From an uncultured delta proteobacterium (GTDB lineage: Bacteria > Myxococcota_A > Polyangia > Haliangiales > Haliangiaceae): a DNA stretch of 64,000 nucleotides. Location of the stretch: the NCBI GenBank assembly GCA_963759105.1, contig CAVWXW010000004.1, positions 47,963 through 111,962 on the forward strand. The letters run 5' to 3'. The position numbers and the translations under genes were made by a program. The notes beneath the pieces are model-generated. The model ran no database searches, was not told the DNA's origin, and saw nothing but the letters and a program-made list of their open reading frames with translations. This document shows positions 50,899 through 61,710 of the stretch, piece by piece (the first letter of the stretch is position 1; each line of letters opens with the position of its first letter).

Positions 50899-52080
50899 TC
50901 AGAAGCCCTTGCGCAGGGCCTCGATGCGAGGGGCGCGGCTCTTCGGGCTGTCGAGGCTGAAGCTGCGCACGTCGCCCAGATCGTCGCGTGCGAAAGCCTC
51001 GGTGCGCTCGATCGCGGCCGACAGCGCCTTGTCCTTCACGCCGAAGGTGGCCCAGGCGATCGTCTTTGTCTCCGGGTCGTACTCCCACAGGCCGATCAGG
51101 CGACCGCGGTCGAAGATGCCGTGGCTGGGCAGGTCGGTGAGCGTACCGGCGGCCACCCGGCCCTTTTCCTCGAGGACCGAACGATCTCGGTCCTTGTCGT
51201 CGAGCAGCCCGGCGACGTCGCGGCGGAGCAGGACCAGCGCGTCGATGCCGCTCACCAGCGCGTACTGCGGCTGCTTGGGCCGCGCGAAGTCGCGCAGCGC
51301 CTCGAGATCGTCGGCGTGCATCAGGCGATCGCTGCCCGCCTCGACCGGCACCAGCTTCAACGGCGCGACCGCCGCGGCCGCCGCCTTCACGCCCAGGCCG
51401 GAGAACCACTGGAGCTCGGCCAGGGTCGCCGGCCCGATCCAGCGGAAGTAGCGCCGCGCCAGCTCGACAAACGCTTCCTCGAGCGAGATGTCGAGCTTCG
51501 CCAGCGGGCTCGGGCTCCAGCCGATGTAGCGGTAGCGCTGCTGATCGAGGCGGCCGTTGACCGGCACGCGGCGGATGCGTCCCTCCGTCTGCAGGCGGCC
51601 CAGCGCGACCGGCAGCGTGGTGGTGAGGCCCTTCTTCGCGCCCTCGGGGCCCAGGTTGCGGGCCGCCTTGCCGACCTTCACGCGCAGCTCGTCGGGGGTG
51701 AGCGGCTCGGACGCCACCGCCTTCTCGACGGCCGCGCACAGCCTGTCGATCTCCTTCTCGGTCACGCCCAGCTTCAGGGCCGTGCGCATCTCGTTTCGGC
51801 CCTCGCCGACCCTGAGCGCGAGGCCGAAGTCGCGCGCCGGCACCACGTAGGTGCAGCCGCGCGCCGCGGGCAGCTCGTGGATGCGCAGCTTTGCGACCGC
51901 CTTGTCGGCCGCCTCGCGCGACGTGCCGGCCCGGGCGAACAGGGTGAGATAGGGGCCCGCGCCGCCCACCGAACGCGACCATCCGGACCGCTCGAGGACG
52001 GCGGCCGGGTCCGCCCCCGCCAGAGAACCGTCGAGACCTTGCCTGTGCGCCCACCAGGCGCGAAGCGTCGCCGCATCCAT
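50899..52080 (-). CDS. winged-helix DNA glycosylase of the AlkZ/YcaQ (HTH_42) family
   Basis: MDAATLRAWWAHRQGLDGSLAGADPAAVLERSGWSRSVGGAGPYLTLFARAGTSREAADKAVAKLRIHELPAARGCTYVVPARDFGLALRVG...; 393 aa, intact. Confidence 0.65.
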   Translation of the reverse strand: MDAATLRAWWAHRQGLDGSLAGADPAAVLERSGWSRSVGGAGPYLTLFARAGTSREAADKAVAKLRIHELPAARGCTYVVPARDFGLALRVGEGRNEMRTALKLGVTEKEIDRLCAAVEKAVASEPLTPDELRVKVGKAARNLGPEGAKKGLTTTLPVALGRLQTEGRIRRVPVNGRLDQQRYRYIGWSPSPLAKLDISLEEAFVELARRYFRWIGPATLAELQWFSGLGVKAAAAAVAPLKLVPVEAGSDRLMHADDLEALRDFARPKQPQYALVSGIDALVLLRRDVAGLLDDKDRDRSVLEEKGRVAAGTLTDLPSHGIFDRGRLIGLWEYDPETKTIAWATFGVKDKALSAAIERTEAFARDDLGDVRSFSLDSPKSRAPRIEALRKGF

Positions 52081-52178
52081 GGCGCCCACTTTAGTCGCGG
52101 GCGCCGCCGCCGGCTTCTTCGATGTTGCGAATGTGGCCGGTCCGGAAGCGCTGGAGAAACGCCGCGATCCGGGCGGCG

Positions 52179-53396
52179 CTATCCGGCGCGGGCGGCGCCG
52201 AGGGCGCGGGTGGCGGCGTCGCGCGCGTTTTCGAAGGCGGCCAGGGTGAGCTCGAGGGCCTCGTGCGAGTGCAGCGCCGAGACCATCAGGCGGATGCGCG
52301 CCTCTCCCTCCGGCACCACCGGGTAGCACAGGCCGTGCACGTAGATGCCGTCGGCGTAGAGCTGGTTGACCATCTCTTGAAGAACGTCGTACTCGCCGAC
52401 GTCAACGCAGAGCAGCGGGTGATGGCCGCCCAGCACGCGGAAGCCGCGGTCGAGCAGGCCGTGCCACAGGGTCTGGATGTTCTCGCGCAGCCCGGGCAGC
52501 GGGGCCTCGCCGTTCTCGAGGATCTGCAGCGCGGCCAGCGCGGCTCCGGCCACCGGCGGCGACAGCGTGGCCGAGAACATGTAGGGCGGCGACTTCTGGC
52601 GCAGCCAGTCGACGATCTCGCGCTGGCCGACGACGAACCCGCCGCCGGCACCGCCCAGCGCCTTGCTGAACGAGCCGGTGACGACGCCGACCCGATCGAT
52701 CACGCCGTACAGCTCGGCGGCGCCGCGGCCGCGGTCGCCCAGCACGCCCACGCCGAGCGCGTCGTCGACCACGACCAGGGCGTCGTACTTCTCGGCCAGG
52801 TCGCAGATGGCGTGCAGGTCGGAGATGCGACCGGTGAAGGGGTGGACGCCGTTGGTGACCACCGCGCGGAAGCGGGCCCAGCGCGAGCGCTTGAGGATGT
52901 CCTCGAGGTCGTCGGGGTCGTTGTTGCGGAAGGTGACGAGGCGCGAGCCGGCCAGGCGGGCGCCGTCGGCCAGGCTGGGGTGGACGCCGGCGTCGCAGAT
53001 GATGCAGTCGCGCGCGCCGAACAGCGGCGAGAACAGGCCGACGTTGGCCTGGTAGCCGGAGCCGAACAGGATCGCGTCCGGCGCGCGCAGAAAGCCGCGC
53101 AGCCACTCCTCCAGCTCCTTGTGGATGGGCAGCGTCCCGCACATCACGCGCTGCGACGACAGCCCGATGCCGTACTTCTCGGCCGCGTCGATGGCGGCGC
53201 GGCGCACCTGCGCGTCGATCGACAGGCCGAGGTAGTCGTGGATCGTGTAGTTGATGACGCGCTGGACCTCGCCGCGGTCCATCATGCCGCCGGCGGCCAT
53301 GCCGCCCGAGCGCGCGAACACGACCTCGCGCTTGTACAGGCCGGCGTCGCGGAGGCGATCGGTCTCGCTGCGCAGCAGGTCTTTCAGTGCGCGGGT
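52179..53396 (-). CDS. alpha-oxoamine synthase family PLP enzyme (8-amino-7-oxononanoate synthase / glycine C-acetyltransferase-like)
   Basis: NYTIHDYLGLS...GSGYQANVGLFSPLF...AICDLAEKYDALVVVDDALGVGVLG...TGSFSKALGGAGGGFVVG (PLP-Lys). ...ALHSHEALELTLAAFENA. Confidence 0.8.
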   Translation of the reverse strand, partial: TRALKDLLRSETDRLRDAGLYKREVVFARSGGMAAGGMMDRGEVQRVINYTIHDYLGLSIDAQVRRAAIDAAEKYGIGLSSQRVMCGTLPIHKELEEWLRGFLRAPDAILFGSGYQANVGLFSPLFGARDCIICDAGVHPSLADGARLAGSRLVTFRNNDPDDLEDILKRSRWARFRAVVTNGVHPFTGRISDLHAICDLAEKYDALVVVDDALGVGVLGDRGRGAAELYGVIDRVGVVTGSFSKALGGAGGGFVVGQREIVDWLRQKSPPYMFSATLSPPVAGAALAALQILENGEAPLPGLRENIQTLWHGLLDRGFRVLGGHHPLLCVDVGEYDVLQEMVNQLYADGIYVHGLCYPVVPEGEARIRLMVSALHSHEALELTLAAFENARDAATRALGAARAG

Positions 53397-53439
53397 CACG
53401 GCGCTCTCCTCGCCGGGCTGGCCTCGTCGTGAGCCCCGA

Positions 53440-54010
53440 TGTACCAGACCAGCGCCGCCGCGCACCGCTGCCAGGCCAGCTCGCGATCCGGGCGGGCGCA
53501 GAAGCGGTCGATGCGGGCCGGCAGGTCGCCAGCCGGGCCCCGGCTCGGCCAGGGCGAAGTCGGCCGCCAGCGCGGCGTAGCGCACCAGCAGCTCGGCGCG
53601 CATGGCGGCGCGGAAGTCGCCTCCCTGGTTGACGAACCGGACGCGCGTGGCCTCGTCGACCAGCTCGCTCTCGGCCAGGAGGTTGGTCACCACGACGTCG
53701 GCGGCCACGTGGCAGTCGGCGCGCGCCGCGGGCGGCTGCCCATCGCAGTGCGCCCGGGCCAGATCGATCAGACACGCGATGGCCGGCTCACCGCGGTCGG
53801 CGCGGCAGCGGCGACGCGCGCCGGCCTGGAGCGCGTCGGCCAGGGCGCCGCGCCGCTCGCCGCCGAGGCGGCGAACCGCGTCGACGGCGCGGGCCAGATA
53901 GGCGACCCGTTGCGGGCGGCCGTAGCCGTCCGCCGCGGACGTGGCCGGGAGCGAGAAGCGCGGCGAGGAGCGCGAGGCTCGCACAGGCGCGAACCAGGCA
54001 GCGCATCGTC
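53440..54010 (-). CDS. hypothetical secreted Cys-containing protein (frame-disrupted)
   Basis: Signal peptide MRCLVRACASLALLAALLAPGHV in one frame. The body ...CLIDLARAHCDGQPPAARADCHVAADVVVTNLLAE... is in another. No recognisable domain. Confidence 0.3.
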
Positions 54011-54059
54011 CCGGTCGTCGTCCCGGTCATCGCAGGCCTCGCTGCGCCCGGTAGCGGCG

Positions 54060-55600
54060 CCGGAATCCGTCCACGAAGCGGTGCGAGGTGACGGCGGAAG
54101 GGATAGACGCTCGATCAGGTCCGCGCGCTCGAGCGGCCAGCGGACCCCGAGAAACGGGTCGGCGTCGCGCAGGTGGTCGAGCCGGGCCAGGAGATAGTCG
54201 GGGTGCGCCAGGTCGGCGGCGGCCGGCGGCGCGGCGAGCCTGTCGATCGCGGTCCCGGATGTCCCGGCTCCGCCCGCGCCGGCCAGAAGCCGCGCCAGCT
54301 GCTCGTAGACGTCGAGCGGGCCGGCACCGGCGACGCGCACCGCCGGCACGCGCAGCTCGCGCATCGGGATCGCGCCGCCGTCGATGCGCAGCTCGCGCCC
54401 GTCGACCGCGGCGCTCCGGGCGGCGGCCGGGTCGACAACGAAGCAGCTCAGGCTCACCAGGGCGCGCACCTCTGCCGGCGCGTCGACGGTCGGGCGCCGG
54501 GCCAGCGCGCGGTCGAGCTCGCCCAGCTGGATCAGGCGACGGCGGCGATCCAGGACCTCGCGCACCGGATCGAGCGCGCCCGCCTCGTCCAGGAAGTCGA
54601 TCGGGTCGGCGGTCAGACGGCGGCACGCGTCGGCCGGCGCGTCCCAGTGGATGGTCAGGTCGCCGCACTGCGCCGGCGGCGGGCCGAAGTCGGGCGAGAA
54701 CAGGAGCTGCGCCGACGACGTCGTCGACGAGCGCGCTGGCCGGCTCCGGCTGGTCGGTCCAGCCCCGCCACAGCGGCACGTGCTCGGCGTGCTCGGCGCA
54801 GCGCGCCGGGTCGACGAGGGCGCGCAGCCACGACACGCGCAGCGGCGCCGGCAGGTTGATCCACAGGTGATGCGACGCGCGCGGATGCGCGGCCACCGCG
54901 TGACCCTGATGGGCCGGCGAGCGCGTCGAGGTGATCCAGCTTGATGGCCATCTCGGCGGCGCCGTCCGATGCCGCGGCGAACGGATCCATCTCGGGGAGC
55001 GAGCCGACCTGGTCGACCAGGCGCCGCCAGGTGAAGTGGAGCACCGGCTCGTCGTCCTGGCGCAGCGTGCACGGCGCGGCCGGTCGCGGCCGGCGCGGCC
55101 GCGACGGTCTTCGGCGCGCAGGAGCCCGAGGCTCTTGGTGTAGCCGAGCTGGAACGCGCGCCGCACCAGCGCGCAGCCGGGTATCTCGGGCGCGGGCGCG
55201 GCGGGTCGGGCTGGCGCGGCGCTCGACCTCGGGCGGACAGCCGGCTCGACGATGGCGCGGCCAGCGCCGCGGGCAGCGCTGTCAGCCGCTCGGTGGCCTG
55301 GTTGGTGAAGGCGCTCAGCGCGACGCAGGCCGACGGCGGTGGCGAAGAGTGCGTGCTGGACCGCGGCCGGCAGCTCGATCGCCCGGCGACCGGCGACCCG
55401 CACCGAGGCGCGCGCGCGCATCGACCGCCGACGCGGCTGCGCTCGCCGGGCCGCCAGCCGACCGCGATCAGCGCGGCGGTCAGGCGCGGCCAGCGCGCCG
55501 ACCGCGATGCAGGACGCCGCGCTCAGGCTGTCGAGGTAGCGCGGGTCGAGCAGCCCGCGGGCCCAGGCGGCGCGCCGACCGCCACGGCCGCCAGCGGCGA
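54060..55600 (-). CDS. hypothetical protein(s) of unknown function downstream of motB (several frame changes)
   Basis: Fragments such as HLWINLPAPLRVSWLRALVDPARCAEHAEHVPLWRGW and FLDEAGALDPVREVLDRRRRLIQLGELDRALARRPTVDAPAEVRALVSLSCFVVD. No recognisable domain. Confidence 0.3.
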
Positions 55601-56281
55601 CGACCGCGAGCGTCTTGACCCCGATCATCGCTCCTCCGCCGACCGCCTCGGCCTGCGCCGCCGGCGGCTGCAGCGCCGACGACGATGTCCTCGATCGTGA
55701 TGCGCCGGTTGGCCGCGCGCGCCTCGTCGATGGCGGCCCGCTGCGCCGGGTCCGGCGCCTTGCCCGGTCGTCACCGGCACATCGCGCGCGGGCGTGTTGT
55801 CGGCGTGCGTGCAGATGACCACGTGGTCGGGCAGCTCGGCGCCGTACTTGCGGATCTCCTGGTACACGTTCCACGCGCGCTCGTAGCCGAGCCGGAAGTT
55901 CTCGTCCTTGCGGCCCACGTCGTCGGTGTGGCCGTGGATGGCGAGCTTGCGCCGGGCCAGCCCGCCCTGGTCGAAGTCGAGCACGCCGCTGGCCGGATCG
56001 CCGAACAGCTTGGCGAACACTTCGCGGCCGTCGGCGCCCAGCTCGGTCTTGCCGGACGCGAACAGGATGTCCGACGGCAGGTTGACCATGCGCACGGTCT
56101 GGTCGCCGGTCCCCATGCCGATGCCCATGCTCGGCTGCTCGGCGGCGCTGTCTGCCTGGCGCCGCTCGACCGACCACAGGATCACGAAGAACACCATGAT
56201 CTGGGTCATCAGATCGATGTAGATGATCGCCCACAGCGCGCGCGGGCTGCGCCGCTGCAGCCGCACGATGCGGCGCCTCAC
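55600..56281 (-). CDS. MotB/OmpA-family protein (proton-channel stator subunit with a peptidoglycan-binding domain); C-terminal frameshift
   Basis: TM LWAIIYIDLMTQIMVFFVILW. OmpA-like SDILFASGKTELGADGREVFAKL...KLAIHGHTDDVGRKDENFRLGYERAWNVYQEI. ATGA overlap with motA. Confidence 0.7.
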
Positions 56282-57081
56282 GCCTGCACCTCCACCACCG
56301 CCTTGTTCTCGACCAGCACCTCGAGCGCGTGGCTGAAGATCTCGTAGTCGTACTCGAGCGCCTTGATGCGCTGGTCGAAGCGCGACGCGATGACCGTGTA
56401 GACCGAGGCCAGGATGGCGCCGTAGAGCGTCGTCTTGAGCGCCAGCGCGAGCTGGGGCGACAGGTTCTCGACCGAGGTGTTGGCGCCCAGCGTGTCGAAC
56501 ATGCCGATGAGGCCGACGACCGTGCCGATCAGGCCGAACAGCGGCATCACGCCGGCGACGAACTCGAGGTTCGAGTGGAAGTGATCGTAGAGCTCGCGGC
56601 AGTCGACGTAGTACTGGTGCGCGACGTAGTCGGTGTACTCGCTCCCCTTCTCGCGCCGGAGCACGACCTGGATGTCGCGCACCAGCGGGTTGTCCGGCAG
56701 CTTGACCTTGGCCCCGGGCTCGAGCGGCCCGACCTTGACCCAGCCGGTCTCGTCCTTGCGCATCGCCAGCACCCGGCGCAGCTCGACGACCGTCTCCTGC
56801 AGGTAGGTCGCGTTGCGGATGAGGTGCTTGCTGGAGAAGAAGATGGTCAGCCCGGACAGGAGCAGCTTGCCCATCTCGGCGCCGGCCACGTAGACAAGCA
56901 GCGCCAGCGAGGCGAGCAGCATGGACAGGAAGTAGCTCTCGGCCACGAAGAACACGAGGGCCAGCAGGAACAGCCCGGTGAAGCCGAGCAGGCCGAGCAC
57001 GCCGGCTCCGGCAGCGACGTCGCTGATGGCCAGCCCGCTCTTCGGGTCATCCGCCGCGGCGGTCCTGGTGCGCTTGCTCAT
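56278..57081 (-). CDS. MotA/TolQ/ExbB-family proton channel protein
   Basis: N-terminal TMs. C-terminal VAGVMPLFGLIGTVVGLIGMFDTLGA...LSPQLALALKTTLYGAILASVYTVIASRF. 267 aa, intact. Confidence 0.75.
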   Translation of the reverse strand: MSKRTRTAAADDPKSGLAISDVAAGAGVLGLLGFTGLFLLALVFFVAESYFLSMLLASLALLVYVAGAEMGKLLLSGLTIFFSSKHLIRNATYLQETVVELRRVLAMRKDETGWVKVGPLEPGAKVKLPDNPLVRDIQVVLRREKGSEYTDYVAHQYYVDCRELYDHFHSNLEFVAGVMPLFGLIGTVVGLIGMFDTLGANTSVENLSPQLALALKTTLYGAILASVYTVIASRFDQRIKALEYDYEIFSHALEVLVENKAVVEVQA

Positions 57082-57129
57082 TGTCGCTCGGCCTTTCTCT
57101 CGTTCGCTCGAGGTAGGTCGGGTGGTAGT

Positions 57130-59248
57130 CGATTGCGCGCGCCGCGGCGAACGCCAGGGCCGCCGCCGCGATCAGGGCCGCGGCGGCCAGCGCCGCGCGC
57201 CGCCGCCAGCGCGGCCGCGACGGCGAGATCCTCGCGCGCTGGAAGCACCAGCGCGGCCATCCAGGCCAGGCGGCGGCGCAGGGCCGGGGCGTGGCGATCG
57301 CGAGCGTCCGACGCGTCCGCCCGGGTCGGCGACGGCGCGCGCGATGTCGAGCGTGCGGCGCTCCAGCTGCGGCGCGAAGGCGCGCGCGGTCAGGAGATCG
57401 TCGCGCCGCCACAGCCGGTAGGCCAGGTACTGGATGAGGTGGTGGCGGCCGAGGTTGAGGGCCGCGTGGGCGTCGGCGACGGCGGCCGAGCGGCTGCGCC
57501 CGAGCCCGACGACCGCGCGGCGCAGGCGCGCGCCGGGCCAGCGGCGCCAGGCGGCGGCCAGGGTGGCCAGCCGGTCCTCGTGGCGGAGCGCGCGGCCCAG
57601 CTCGCGCACGAGGAGGCCGAACAGGAAGTCCTTGTCGCCGGCGTCGGTGCCGTCGTGCTCCTCGCCCGGGTCCCAGTCGAGCCAGGTCGGGTCCTCCCAC
57701 GGGCGATGCGCGACGCGGCGGTCGAGCTCGGCGGGCTCGACGATGCCGGCCAGGGTGCGCGGCTCGCCGAGCGGGACGTGCTCGATCTCGCCCTCGACGG
57801 TCGTCTGGGTCGGCTTGCGCTCCTCGCGGGTCGCGATCGGCAGATCGCGCCGGGTCGGGACCACGAGGCCGGCGTTCCACTCGGTCCAGTGCAGCTTCGA
57901 CACCCGCGGCAGCGCGTAGTCGTGCGGCCGCCCGCACGGCACCAGCGCGAGCTCGAGCAGCTCGCGTCCGATGACGATCCGCGTGTGGGTCGAGCCGCCG
58001 CCGTAGAGCGCGACCGCGTCGCCGTAACCGGGCAGGAAGCGGACGCCGGCCAGCGCGCCATCGTCGGCCGGGCGGCCGGCGCGCCGCACGTATCCGCTGT
58101 AGTAGGCGCGCACCGCCGCGTCCCACGCGTCCGCGGCCACGCCGCTCGGCGGCGACCAGCTCGCCGTCGAGCCGCAGCGCGAGCACCTCGACCAGCGAAC
58201 GCAGCCACTGCCTGGCCCACAGGCCCGCGATCGGGGCGACGACGCCGAACCCGACCGGGGCGGGGATGTCGAGCTCCACGCAGGCCCACCACAGCGCGGC
58301 GGCGAACGGCGCGTAGAACAGCGCGACGTGGGCGGCGCGCCAGCACGCGAGCGCCAGCCAGGCGCGCAGCACGCGCACCAGCTCGCCGTGCTCGACGCGG
58401 CCGAGACCGCGCAGCGGCGGGCACACGAGCGGCAGCGTCACGGCGACGAAGACGCCCCACGCGATCCCGCCGGCCAGGAAGGCGACCCAGCTGGCCCGCT
58501 GCGCCTCCGCGCCGAGGACGGCGATCGCGCCGAGGGCGGCCAGCGCGAGGACGGCGCCGCGCAGCGCGCGCGTGCGGGCCAGGGCACCGAGGCCGCGCCG
58601 GCCGAGCACGAGCACGCCCAGCCCGAGCGGCGTGAGCAGGAGCAGCGCGGCGGCCAGCGCCGCGAGCGCCAGTCCTCGGGTGGCAGGCTCGGCCAGCTCC
58701 GCCGGGTGCGCCATCTGCGCCTGCGCGCCGTGCATGTCGAACGCGCCGCCCGGGCGCAGCACCGGGTGCAGCGCGGCGCGCGCGGCGTCGGCCAGCTGTG
58801 CGCGATCGAGACCGCGCAGGTCGATCGCGCCGCGGCGCACCGGCGGCGATGCGTCCGGCCAGGTGAGCCACAGCTCGTAGTCCAGCCGGCGTTCGCCCAG
58901 CCGCCCGCGAATCGCGATGTCGATGCCGGCCTCGCTGTACGCGGCGAGCGCGCAGGCCTGGTCTCGCTCGCCGCATCCGGCTCGATCGACGCGCGAGATG
59001 GCGCGCGGCGCGGCGCGCAGCCGGTCGCTGGCCAGGTCGAGGGCCAGGGTGCGCGCGATCGCCTCGGTCTGCCACGCCGGCACGCCCGCGACGGCGTCGA
59101 GCTCGATGGCGAACGTGGCCGCCTTCGTCCCGGGCGCGGCGTTCTGCGCGTGGGCCGCAGACGCGGCCAGCGACGCGAGGCAGATGCCGGCGACCAGTGC
59201 GCGCGGCGAGCGTCTGCGCGGCTTCCTCGAGTCCCGGTGGAAGGTCAT
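57130..59248 (-). CDS. large predicted membrane protein of unknown function, upstream of motAB (frameshifted)
   Basis: Signal peptide MTFHRDSRKPRRRSPRALVAGICLASLAASAAHA. Multiple hydrophobic segments (LALAALAAALLLLTPLGLGVLVLG, AVLALAALGAIAVLG, WVAFLAGGIAWGVFVAVTLPLV). The C-terminal half continues in another frame (57172..58140). Confidence 0.4.
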
Positions 59249-59471
59249 GATCCGGCAACCGATGGCAGGCGAGCCCCATGGCGGCCGAACGCCTCGTTCC
59301 GTCGAGAGACTCGAGCGGCCGGTGGGAGGGGGGACACGGCATCATAGTCGGACCACCAGGTCCGCCGTCGCGGAAAGCGAATCCGCGCAATGCCGGTCAG
59401 ATAGCGCTTCTCGACTCGTTCGAACCGCAGAACCGCCTCGTGCGCGGCATCGGGGTTAGTGTCGTCGCCCC

Positions 59472-60023
59472 ATGTCCTGCCGATATCCGCGGATCCTGCT
59501 CGCGGCAGCCCTGCTCGGCTGCGGCGCACCTGCCACGCCGTCCCCTGCCGCCGCGACAGCCGCCGCACCGGATGGCGCGCAGATCGAGCGCGAGCTGCTG
59601 GCGGCGGAGCGCGATGTCTTCGCGGCGATCCGACGGCGCGATCGCGCGGCCCTCGAGTCTCTCACCACGGACGAGTTCATCCTGCGCGTGCCCGGCGCGC
59701 CGGACGTCGACCGGGCCGGTTTTCTGGCCGGCATCGCGGCCATCCCGGGCGAGATCGTGGCGGTCGAGGGGGACAAGGTCGCGGCGCGGGCGCTCGGCGG
59801 CGACTCCGGCGTCGTGACCGGCTACCAGGTCGCGCGCGTGCGGATGGACGGCCGCGAGGTCGTCGACCGCCAGCCGTTCGCCGACGTGTTCGTGCGCCGC
59901 GACGGCCGCTGGCGCATGGTCTTCGCATTCGGCGTCGTGCCGGCCGAGGAGCCGGCGGCGCCCGCGCCGGAGCCCGCGCCGAAGCCGACGCCGAAGCCGA
60001 TGCCCGCGCCGGCTCCGCGCTGA
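59472..60023 (+). CDS. lipoprotein with a SnoaL-like/DUF4440 (NTF2-fold) domain
   Basis: MSCRYPRILLAAALLGCG lipobox...VFAAIRRRDRAALESLTTDEFILRVPGAP...FVRRDGRWRMVFAFGV; Pro-rich tail. Confidence 0.6.
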   Translation: MSCRYPRILLAAALLGCGAPATPSPAAATAAAPDGAQIERELLAAERDVFAAIRRRDRAALESLTTDEFILRVPGAPDVDRAGFLAGIAAIPGEIVAVEGDKVAARALGGDSGVVTGYQVARVRMDGREVVDRQPFADVFVRRDGRWRMVFAFGVVPAEEPAAPAPEPAPKPTPKPMPAPAPR

Positions 60024-60037
60024 CCGCACTCGCCGGG

Positions 60038-60706
60038 TCAGCCGACGTGGCGCCGGAAGAAGTCCAGCGTGCGCTCGCGGGCCAGCTTTGCGCTCGGCGG
60101 GTCGTAGGAGCCGCGCGGATCGCAGTTGAAGCCGTGGTCGGCGGGGTACGAGTGCACCGGCAGCGTCGGGTGCGCGGCGGCGAACGCCGCGATCTTGTCG
60201 GGCGGCGAGATGCTGTCGCGCTCCCCGAAGTGCAGCATCGTCGGGCACCGCGGACGCTCGCCGGCGTTCTCCATCACGCCGCCGCCGTAGTAGGACACCG
60301 CGGCGGCCAGGCCGTCCACGCGCGCCGCCGCCATCCACACCACCAGGCCGCCCCAGCAGTAGCCGACGATGCCGACCTTGCCCGACGGCGCGGCGGCCGC
60401 GACCGCGGCGGCGACGTCCATGTTCGCGTCGTCGGTCGCCACCTTCGCGCGCAGCGCCCTTCCCGCGGTCACCGTCTCGGCGGTGTAGCCGAGATCGACG
60501 TCGCGCTCGACGCGGTCGAACATGGCCGGCGCGATGACCACGTAGCCGTCGGCGGCGAAGCCGTCGCTGACCGTCTTGATGTGGCTGTTGACGCCGAAGA
60601 TCTCCTGGATCACGACGATGCCGCCGCGCGCCTGCCCGGTCGGCTCGGCCCGGTAGGCGGCCAGCCGGTGACCATCGGACGCGGTGAGCTCGATCATCTT
60701 GCCCAT
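60038..60706 (-). CDS. dienelactone hydrolase family protein
   Basis: GGIVVIQEIFGVNSHIKTVSDGFAADGYVVIAPAMFDR...GIVGYCWGG (nucleophile elbow)...HFGERDSISP...YPADHGF; 222 aa, intact. Confidence 0.8.
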   Translation of the reverse strand: MGKMIELTASDGHRLAAYRAEPTGQARGGIVVIQEIFGVNSHIKTVSDGFAADGYVVIAPAMFDRVERDVDLGYTAETVTAGRALRAKVATDDANMDVAAAVAAAAPSGKVGIVGYCWGGLVVWMAAARVDGLAAAVSYYGGGVMENAGERPRCPTMLHFGERDSISPPDKIAAFAAAHPTLPVHSYPADHGFNCDPRGSYDPPSAKLARERTLDFFRRHVG

Positions 60707-60803
60707 GTTTCGCTCCTCCTCGAGAGGCGAGCAATGAGACCAGACCGCCGGCCATCAGGCCAGCCCCGCCGCGCGGGAGCAGCCTCGCTCCGGTGCAGCG
60801 CGC

Positions 60804-61688
60804 TCAGCGCAGGCGCTTCTCGAACCAGTGGTCCGCGTACGGGTCGTCGTTGAACGCGGCCACCTCGCGGTAGCCGGCGCTCTCGTACAGGCGGATGGCC
60901 TCGCGCAGCGATCGGTTCGTCTCCAGGCGCACGGTCTTCAGGCGCAGCATCCGGGCCTCTGCCTCCAGGGCCTCGAGCATGCGGCGGCCGGTGCCCATGC
61001 CCCGCGCCGACTCCGCGACCCACATGCGCTTGATCGATCCCATGCCGCGCCCGATCGACTTGATGGCGCCGCACGCCACCGGCTCGCCGTCGATGCGCGC
61101 GACCAGGAAGGCGCCGCGCGGAGGGACCAGATCGGCGTCGTCAGCCGGCAGGCTGGCGCCGGGATCGAAACCCTCCTCGAAGCGCGCCGCCAGCTCGGCG
61201 AAGTACTGCACCACGCACCGGCGGGCGGCCGCGCCGGCCGGGTCGACCCGCTCGATCGCCACGCCCGCCGCGCGCAGCAGGCGCTCGACCTCGGCCATCG
61301 CCCCGACGAGGCGCTCGCGCTGGCCCGGCGCCAGCGTCGTGAGCAGGGCCGCGGCCGCCTGGTCGGAGCGCCGGTTCATCAGCCGGTACTCCGCCGCGCC
61401 GGCGCGGGTGAGCCGCGCGCGCTGCACGCGCCCATCGTCGGCCGACGGGCCGAGCACCACCAGCCCGCGCGCGGCCAGCGAGCGGACCAGGCGGCTCACG
61501 TAGCCGGAGTCGAGCCCCAGCCGGCCGCGCAGGTCGCGCAGGTCGGCCCCGCCCGGCCCGACCTCGTAGAGGAGGCGAGACTCGCCGAGCGGGCGATCGC
61601 GGCCCAGGAAGTGATCGTCGAGCGCGCCGGCGCGATGGGTGACCAGCCGGTTGAAGCGCCTGACCTGGGCCACCTGCTCGGCCGACAT
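60804..61688 (-). CDS. bifunctional MarR-type HTH / GNAT N-acetyltransferase protein
   Basis: N-terminal winged helix LGESRLLYEVGPGGADLRDLRGRLGLDSGYVSRLVRSLAARGLV. C-terminal GNAT RMWVAESARGMGTGRRMLEALEAEARMLRLKTVRLETNRSLREAIRLYESAGY. 294 aa, intact. Confidence 0.75.
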   Translation of the reverse strand: MSAEQVAQVRRFNRLVTHRAGALDDHFLGRDRPLGESRLLYEVGPGGADLRDLRGRLGLDSGYVSRLVRSLAARGLVVLGPSADDGRVQRARLTRAGAAEYRLMNRRSDQAAAALLTTLAPGQRERLVGAMAEVERLLRAAGVAIERVDPAGAAARRCVVQYFAELAARFEEGFDPGASLPADDADLVPPRGAFLVARIDGEPVACGAIKSIGRGMGSIKRMWVAESARGMGTGRRMLEALEAEARMLRLKTVRLETNRSLREAIRLYESAGYREVAAFNDDPYADHWFEKRLR

Positions 61689-61710
61689 TCTCTGACTCTA
61701 GTCAGAGAAT
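61687..61710. promoter_or_regulatory. perfect 22-bp palindrome (putative autoregulatory operator) overlapping the MarR-GNAT start codon
   Basis: TTCTCTGACT-CT-AGTCAGAGAA (10-bp arms). Confidence 0.5.
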
